A stretch of DNA of 56,201 nt, the filler included, from Squatina squatina (taxonomy: Eukaryota): assembly GCA_031763465.1 (NCBI GenBank). It is 3 parts of 3 records of this genome, joined end to end, with 100 filler letters (N's around TTAATTAATTAA, not from the genome) between each part and the next. Parts side by side here need not be neighbours in the genome. Positions count along the whole stretch, not along the records: positions 33,715 to 56,201 come from JARFOE010000001.1; 2 more parts are not named here. One strand, written 5' to 3'. The notes below the pieces were generated by a model, which saw only the letters and a program-made list of their open reading frames with translations, was not told where the DNA came from and searched no databases. Made by a program: the position numbers and the translations under genes. Positions 48,107 through 56,201 of this stretch are shown piece by piece (the first letter of the stretch is position 1; each line of letters begins with the position of its first letter).

Positions 48107-50470
48107 AGAGTATTTTACTGAGTAGGCGAGCTTGAATCAAGATTGAGGTCAGAAATGAATACTGTGCCAACTTTTGAGCTACATGTGTAAACCTTAACTT
48201 CGTTTTAAAAACATAAAATGATCTGTTATAAATGATGTCTACGTTGTTGTTTAAATAATTTTTTTCTGTGTTTCATGTTTATTAAAGAAAAATTACTTGA
48301 TTTTAAGGATAGTACCTTTGAACTGTGCAAGGTTAATCAATATGGTGGTGTGCCATAAATTGGCTTCAAGTGACAGTATGATGTCCATATCTGTTCCAAT
48401 CATTGTGATCAGTGATTGGTGACACCTGGCTGACTCCCAGAGAAGTGCTGAATCATCAGATTGTGCTGATTTAGTTAGGTGAGCTCAGACAGTACAATCT
48501 ATCAATTGATTTGTGTGTTATGCATTACTGACCTGGGGAAGAACCGCTTAGAAAGCAGGTCTCCATCAAAGCTGTAAACCATTCGAAGGCTTTGTGCTGC
48601 TGTGTTATGAAAATAGAAAAAAATGTTTAAAATGTTTTTATTAAGTAGGGTCTAATTGAGTAAAATGGAATATTTTAGTACTTCGTGTGAAAACACAATC
48701 AAAGGGGATGTTTACTTTTACTGTCATCTTTAAAGATTTTGAATGNNNNNNNNNNNNNNNNNNNNNNNNNNNNNNNNNNNNNNNNNNNNNNNNNNNNNNN
48801 NNNNNNNNNNNNNNNNNNNNNNNNNNNNNNNNNNNNNNNNNNNNNATAGAAGGCAAAGTAGAATGGGAATGGGAAAAACTGTCAGGAAAAGCGGTGCACA
48901 GCTAAAGTCTAAGGCATTTGACAGTGTCCCTCAAAAGATTGAGTCACAAGATGTGTACCCATGGTAGAGATGGCAAAATGTCAGGCTGGATTGACATGTG
49001 GCTGGAAAGTACATGGTCATGGAATGGAATCAGAATAGAAACTTATCACGAGTGTCTCACTTGAGCTGCTGAGATTTTTTATAAACAAAATATTGCCCAA
49101 AATGTCTGTTTGCGGAGGGCAGCAATTTGGATGCAGTGGCCAATGGTGCTTATCAATGTACAATAATGCACATCTACAAAGTTCCAGCATTAAAGTTTAT
49201 TTTACAGCTGGATTTCGTTGAAATGACTGACATGTGCAGTGACCTCTGCTTTATTCTTGCCCCGATTTTGAGAAACTTTTGATCAGCTGCTAATGCGATA
49301 TACCAGCAGCTGTTTGACAGGTGCAGCAGTGAGTGGAACTTAATTAATTTAAAAACCTGTAGCATCCAAACCACTTACACAAACTGAAAGTAGCCAATTT
49401 CTCACAGCACTCACAAAACACCTTCCAATTTTCAAATCGGTAACATTAATGAAAACGTATTTCAATCTGTTCCACGGAGATTGGAAAACTGAATCTATCC
49501 TAATGACCAGCCTCTCTTTTCTGCATAATAACTCGCCAACACCTGTATGTTATGGTTAAATGTTAATGTATTCAATCAAAAACAGATTACCTTCTGTAGC
49601 TAAATTACTCAATGTCATTATCTGTATGAACCATCTGTGTGCTAATCCCTGGTGTTTCGAAATTCCAAATGACTGCTACAGTATTTCTGNNNNNNNNNNN
49701 NNNNNNNNNNNNNNNNNNNNNNNNNNNNNNNNNNNNNNNNNNNNNNNNNNNNNNNNNNNNNNNNNNNNNNNNNNNNNNNNNNNNNNNNNCAAGTTTGCAT
49801 ATAACAGAAGTTATTTTTGGATTATGGAATGCCTTTGTGTTTTTGAACGTGAAAAATATATTTTTAGTTATGCTACCTCATTACACAATATTACACAACT
49901 TCATTGCACAATATGTTTAGAATGTTAACCAGAGTTATTGTTTTTGTGATTGTACTTATTCCAACTCTCATTTTCTGCCATAATGTTTCATCATGTTCAA
50001 TAAAAGAGTAAGATTGTAAGGCTTGATTAATCTCAGTCTGTGTATACAAAACTACCTGGGAAAGTAATTGGTTGATGCAGAATTTATTAGATTTCAGCAA
50101 CAATGGTACCAAATTCAACATTTATATTTTTCTTATTGTTTTGTTAAATAAACTTGTAAAGTTTTTGGTCCTTAATTTTTAAAAGGAACAGATAGATGGA
50201 TGGAGAGATCAGTGTAACCTCATTTTCAATTTTTTTTGATGGTATCCATGCACTTTAACTGATGAGTGTCAACAGTGAATATTGATACTTAATTTTAGCA
50301 TGTTGCCAGGAATAAAATGTGTAGTTAGCTGACTACTCAAATTTAGTATTCTTATTGATCAACTACTTGACTAATGCAAATTAATGTAATCTGTTATTGT
50401 GGAAAGTGTGTAGGTATAACACAAACAACAACTTGCATTTATATAGTGCATTTGATATAGTAAAACATTC

Positions 50471-50649
50471 GGGGCACCCAATTCGATTTCCCTAAGTTTC
50501 GGGTGCCAACGGATGAATATTTGGGCGTTAAGTTTTGATCTTAGAACTTTAGGCTAAAGTCAGCCTTTTCAGCACTTAGAAAAAAATGGTAAAACTGTCT
50601 AAAAAAACATACTACTTTCAGTGTTCAATATGTCAATAGGCTTAAGTGC
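50471..50649. mobile_element. Harbinger-family terminus in opposite orientation
   Basis: Begins GGGGCACCCAATT, the reverse complement of the terminus at 48095-48106. Confidence 0.45.
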
Positions 50650-50749
50650 NNNNNNNNNNNNNNNNNNNNNNNNNNNNNNNNNNNNNNNNNNNNNNNNNNN
50701 NNNNNNNNNNNNNNNNNNNNNNNNNNNNNNNNNNNNNNNNNNNNNNNNN

Positions 50750-50990
50750 CAGCCATGTCTCCGTAATCGCAACTATATCATAACCGTTTATATCTATTTG
50801 CGCTGTTAATTCATCTACCTTATTGCAAATGCTCCGCGCATTAAGACACAATGCCTTTAGACTTGTCTTTTTAATATTATTTGTCCTCTTAGCTTTTTTT
50901 TGCACTCTGGCCCTATTTGCTTCTCGCTTATGTTTTCTCTGCCTTCCACTTTTCCTTCTTCCTTTTATGTCTTTCGTATCTCTTCTTGTT
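50750..50990 (-). mobile_element. CR1 ORF2 N-terminus (apurinic endonuclease)
   Basis: LKALCLNARSICNKVDEL...YDIVAITETWL, the APE domain motifs. Confidence 0.9.
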
Positions 50991-53879
50991 TCCCCCTCCT
51001 TGCCACTGTGCTACCTGGGCGTGACAGCAGACCAGTTGGGCCCCCTACGGGTATGTTTAAAAATTTCTGTTTCTTTTCCTGTTCCCATAATTATGCTGCA
51101 TCCCACCATGCTGCAGCATATGAAGATTTGTGCACTTTCGAATAACACCCTGAGTGTTAATCTTTAGGGAGCAGCAGGAAGTAATCATTATTTGCAGTGG
51201 TATTTTCCTGTTTCCAAATTCCTTATTAAAGGAATAATTGAGGGAGAAAATTCTGGGTATGTGCTAAACCATTGTTCCTTAGCACATCATAAGTAAATAG
51301 CGTTTTTTCTATCCATTAATTTTAAAAATAATTAGAAAGATCCTCTGTGAAATCCGCATTAAAACTATGGAATAGGCACACTGCAGTGATGGAAACTAAG
51401 GGGAATAACATCAGTGCCTGTGTTCTGTTTTCAATCTAACTATACATTTTTTCCCTTTCACTGCCTGCTGAGATTCTGTAACCCAGCTCAGTCTCTCTGA
51501 AAACCTATCTGAATGGATAATGGAACAAGTGTTTCAGAGAAACCTGGCAAATGTGAATACTTGAAAAAGAATGATAATTTTCTGAACTAAGTATCCAAAT
51601 GGGATATATTTTGGGTTTAGTATATACCCATTAATACTATGGACCATTAGAATTTCCTTACTTTGTTTGAAGAGATAAAATAACTTCATTAAGTCAGCAC
51701 AAAAATAAAATTGTGTTTGATTAGATTATCAGCAGATTGGTAGAACGCTTGTTTTTAGTCCTCTGAAAAATTGAGACTTTGAGAAATATGCGATCATTTG
51801 GCTGTTTTAATTTGAAAGAACTTTGCTGATCAATGACTCTGAAGATCTGAGTCACTTAAGGCGACTGAAGTCTATATGAAAGTTCAATTTACATNNNNNN
51901 NNNNAGCATACAATCTGAAAACTTAGCTTTATTAGGGTCTTCCAATTTCTGAAGCATGCAATTTGAATCAAGTTATTGCCACCAGCTGCTAACTTATAAT
52001 AAATCTTTGACAGGCAGTGATTGCTTCACAAGGTCTGCTATACAATTTATTTTTCTTGGTACTTTCTGGGGAGCCATTTTGGTTTAAAAGGTTGACATAA
52101 CCTCACTTATTTTTTTCTTTAGCTTTCTACAACAATCAATCACTTCAGAACACTGGAGATAAATGCAAAAACTTACCCCATATACTTTGCAAAATTCTAA
52201 TCTCTGCCAAGAAAAATTGCCAAAATTATTATAGTTCGATAAATTCATCAGCTCTGTGTCTTAGCTGCACAACCTAATGCCTGCAGTCTGTGTTTATTCA
52301 CCAAGGACATGCAAAGAAATACAGCGGAATTACAGTATTGATCGTCCAAAGCCTTCCTGTGCAGTCCAGTCCTAATTCTAATATCTTAAAAATTAATGCT
52401 AGGTTAGATTAAAAATAGGAATACTTTAGATAAATGCATGCTTGAGAGAAAGAATTCCTCTCCTATTTGTTACAAAATCATAAATGCCTTATTTATAATG
52501 GACATNNNNNNNNNNNNNNNNNNNNNNNNNNNNNNNNNNNNNNNNNNNNNNNNNNNNNNNNNNNNNNNNNNNNNNNNNNNNNNNNNNNNNNNNNNNNNNN
52601 NNNNNAGAAACCCTGGGTGCAGCCCTCTGATTCATTTGCGATATCAGAATTGTGTCCTGCACTGTGCAATGATAGCTCAAAGCAGGGAATGCAACCTCGC
52701 TTTTATGGGTGCACTTACATTTTAGTAGGCCAAGGACGCCTGCTGGGAAATGCATGCATAAAGTAGGCGGGCTACCCGATTCCAGATGTGATTAATGGGC
52801 TGCCCACCCAATTAAATTGAAATGAGGCCTGGGATTTAAATTCACTGGGCCTCACACTGGCCATGTCATGGGGGTGGGGGGTTCTTGATCAACCCACCTG
52901 CTTGACTCAAACCTCAAGTTAAAATCGGGGTTATGACACAACTGACACATGTGTACTACTGGTGCATGAATTTGACTTTGCAGTGTAAATGTTGCATTAT
53001 TATACAATTGTTTTTATTGTGCTAAGCTGTCTTATCTAATAGCTCTCGTTCAAATAAATGACTGTTCATGAGGTACGATTCATCAAAAATTAGTGAGATG
53101 TAGAACTGGCCCTGAGCCACTGTTTGATTATCTGTAAGCTAACCTACTGCAGTTTGTTTAATTTTCTGTATTCCTGGTACTGCTAACATTCAATTATAGT
53201 TAAAAAGCTTCTGGTTAAATCTGTTGTATTTGCCAGAGAAATAAATTGCTTTTTCCACACCGCATAACTGATACGCAATGATAGTAATTTTATCTGTAAT
53301 TGCACATGCACAGTAATCCATCCTATACCATGTTATTTTGTAGTTGAGGTACGGTTGGTTGATTTTTGGTATTACTCCAAAAAGGTTTTTGTCATTCTGA
53401 ATTTTTTGTTTTGAGGAGGGTTGGATTCAAGCAATTCATACAGACTACTCTATAGTCACATCAGGAACACAGGGAGATGACCCATAATATGGCCTGTGTG
53501 AAACCGAACTGATTTGTTCTTCCCCCAACCTAGGCCATGGATGCATAGGCTTCCCATCGACTGTGAAAGGTGAATCAGCAAAGTAAGGACAGACAAGGAA
53601 TTTAACTAGGATCCTCTCTATTTTCATGGCCATATTTTGCACTTACTCACTCANNNNNNNNNNTATCAGGAGAGCTGTATGGAGGCAGTTCAACTGATGT
53701 CATTGAGCTCAGTCAAGCAGCAGCTAATCTCAATTTTCAGAGCTCAGTACCACACTGAAAGCATCACCTGCACATGACATCATAAAAAATACTTTTCTTC
53801 CTACCTAATCAAAACTGAGCTTTGCCATTCATGAAGAAGGTGCACTTTTAAGTCATTTACTAACATAACTCCACATCCC

Positions 53880-53990
53880 TTCATTGGAGGTAACCTTGTG
53901 ACATGGGTTAGTAATTGGTTGGGGGACAGGAGACAGAGTGTAGGGATAAAGGGAATGTAATCTGATTGGTGGTATATGGTAAGTCTTTCC
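53880..53990 (+). mobile_element. CR1 RT fragment
   Basis: IGGNLVTWVSNWLGDRRQSVGIKG. Confidence 0.75.
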
Positions 53991-56049
53991 NNNNNNNNNN
54001 NNNNNNNNNNNNNNNNNNNNNNNNNNNNNNNNNNNNNNNNNNNNNNNNNNNNNNNNNNNNNNNNNNNNNNNNNNNNNNNNNNNNNNNNNNGAAAGAGTAT
54101 CAGCAGTGATAGTGAGAAACAAGACCGTGAGGACGTGTGTCCTGGATTAGTGCATTTAATTTTCATTATTTCAGTGTAGGTTATGATTGGTGTGATGGTA
54201 TCAATTTTTTCTTGTTTTTTCAAGATAAAAGAATGTTGTTATTGCATGATTAAATATATCTGCAATTTTTATGAATAGAAACAATTACCCTGTGACATTG
54301 TTATATTAGATTGTAACAAGAGATGTAAACATCATTTACATACTCAAATGAAAATCAATTATCCTTCTTGCAATTACGTTATTGCTTTCCTGCCCTACAG
54401 GCTAAAAACTTAATTTATGTAAAAATGTATTTATAAGATTTGCATGTGACAAGAATCCAAAGGTAATTGGAGATAACTAGCTATAAAGCGTGAACAATTG
54501 AAACAATACAGCTATATATCCTCAGGCTATATCATACGTAAAGAGATCTGAGAACCCTTCATCAACAGAATGCAGTAATAGATGGTTGTTGCAGTCTTGG
54601 TGCAAAAACCAGAACAAATTAATATGGTAATTTAAGACACTATAAAGTGATGCACTGCAATCATAATGCCTTAATCGAGGGTTTTATTTTGTGAAATAGG
54701 CACTGCAGATTAAAAAAAGATGGGCACTGTATCCACGTAGCTAGCTGTTCTTAATAAAAACTTAAAGCATACAATAGCTCATACAGATATAAATCTGTAA
54801 CTGTCAGGNNNNNNNNNNNNNNNNNNNNNNNNNNNNNNNNNNNNNNNNNNNNNNNNNNNNNNNNNNNNNNNNNNNNNNNNNNNNNNNNNNNNNNNNNNNN
54901 NNNNNNNNGCCTGGCCGCAGAGGCACTAAAATTTAGCGCCAAAAGAATTTTGGGGGCGAATTTCGCAGGAGACGCTAAACAGCGTTTTAACGCCCAAAGA
55001 TAACTTAGCACCTCAATAACGTCTTAAGTAGGCATTAAAAACAGGTTTTTAAAACTGCCAAATTTCACCCCCTAAATGTGTAATGAAAAGTATACCTGAT
55101 GCCAAACTCACAAGTGAGCTGTGTAACTGATCTCCAATTGGTATTTTGATATCGTCCTCTAGAATTTGTTGTAACACAAGTTATTATGAGCTCAAAAGTA
55201 AATTTTGATTAACAATGACCAAAAGAGCGTGACTGCATCACTCGGGCAAAGAAAGAACTTTAAAAAAAAATTGTCTTTTTTTTGCCACTTGAAACATCCT
55301 CCACACATCATGCAATCATACATTGATTTATTACAGAATAAAACATGATTAATCAGCTATAGATACAGGCTGCAGAGAATCCTGATGCATTACTTTTTTG
55401 TAATGACATTTCTAGTTTTTTTATGTTTGAACAAATGAATAACGATGAAGAAACGTTGATCAATGTCCTCTCATTGAAACTGTGTGGTGAAAGAGTTTGC
55501 TTAGTAGGATAGTGAATGGCAATCCAGTAAGCTCAGTCTTTTGAATTGATGGCCTTCATTCTTTTAACCACAGTAAGTTTCAACATTGATAACTCCAGAG
55601 TGAAAGTTCTGATTGGTGCTGTTCCAATAAAAATGCTGTATACAATTTCCTGCTCCACTATTTTTTAAAATTTTGACCTTAAAATGAAAAGATTAACGCC
55701 TGTGTTAAAATAGCTCTGAGTGGATTTGAAACAAGAGCATTAAGCATTTTCTTCCCTGCCACCTTGGCCCAAAGCTGTTGATCGCTGAGTGGGAGATGGT
55801 CCACAACTATCTGTCACCCTCACCTGGCCAAATGACAATTCTTCATGTGTGAACCGGTTAATAATTGTGAGTGGGTAACTTGAATCTGAGGCGCATCACT
55901 GCAGATCCTGATCAGGTGTGGGGATCCTGGCTGATCCATCTCTTAATCTAAAGCTACCAAGACCTAAGAAATTGCTAATATCCACCTGAACAAGCAAACA
56001 GGACTTTTGTTTAAAGGGTAAACTGAAAGACGGATGATAGAATATAATT

Positions 56050-56201
56050 AGGGGTCACCGGACTCGGAGGAGGAGAGAGGTGAGTGCGGGCGCAGCTGTT
56101 GATTTTTATTTCAGCACTTGAATGTCGCGGTGCCGAGGTCGGGAGTTCGGGAAACCGGAAGCTCCGACTGCGCAGGCGCGTGACGTCAGTGGAGCGCGGG
56201 T
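56050..56201. promoter_or_regulatory. Edge of a CpG-island promoter with ETS, NRF1-like and CRE motifs
   Basis: ACCGGAAG at 56154-56161, TGCGCAGGCGCG at 56169-56180 and a perfect TGACGTCA at 56181-56188, with high CpG. Confidence 0.7.

Noticed and set aside
46891-56050. LRRTM1 coding sequence or further CTNNA2 exons
   Set aside because: I found no LRR repeats or alpha-catenin peptides in the visible sequence; they may lie in the gaps.

Overview
Vertebrate genomic DNA, most likely from a shark or other cartilaginous fish judging by its repeats (CR1 and L2 LINEs, a tRNA-headed Deu/SacSINE1-like SINE, Harbinger relics). The assembly is very gappy. Two artificial N44-TTAATTAATTAA-N44 linkers (14554-14653, 33615-33714) join three scaffolds that are probably unrelated. 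Scaffold 1 (1-14553) carries a compact two-exon C11orf87 orthologue (CDS 7772-8251, middle hidden in a gap) and the Myb-ORF end of a Harbinger transposon. Scaffold 2 (14654-33614) is very SINE/LINE-rich and has a CpG-island first exon of an unidentified minus-strand gene plus one COQ8B-like exon. Scaffold 3 (33715-56201) has one SMOX exon, three alpha-N-catenin (CTNNA2) exons and a degenerate HARBI1-like transposase, and it ends in an ETS/NRF1/CRE CpG promoter. Most ORF-track entries are gap or TE artefacts. I found no convincing novel multi-gene system. The best leads are a reconstructable Harbinger family with convergent transposase and Myb genes, two orphan CpG promoters, and several candidate conserved non-coding elements. 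Gene calls come from recalled protein sequences, not database searches, and repeat boundaries are approximate.
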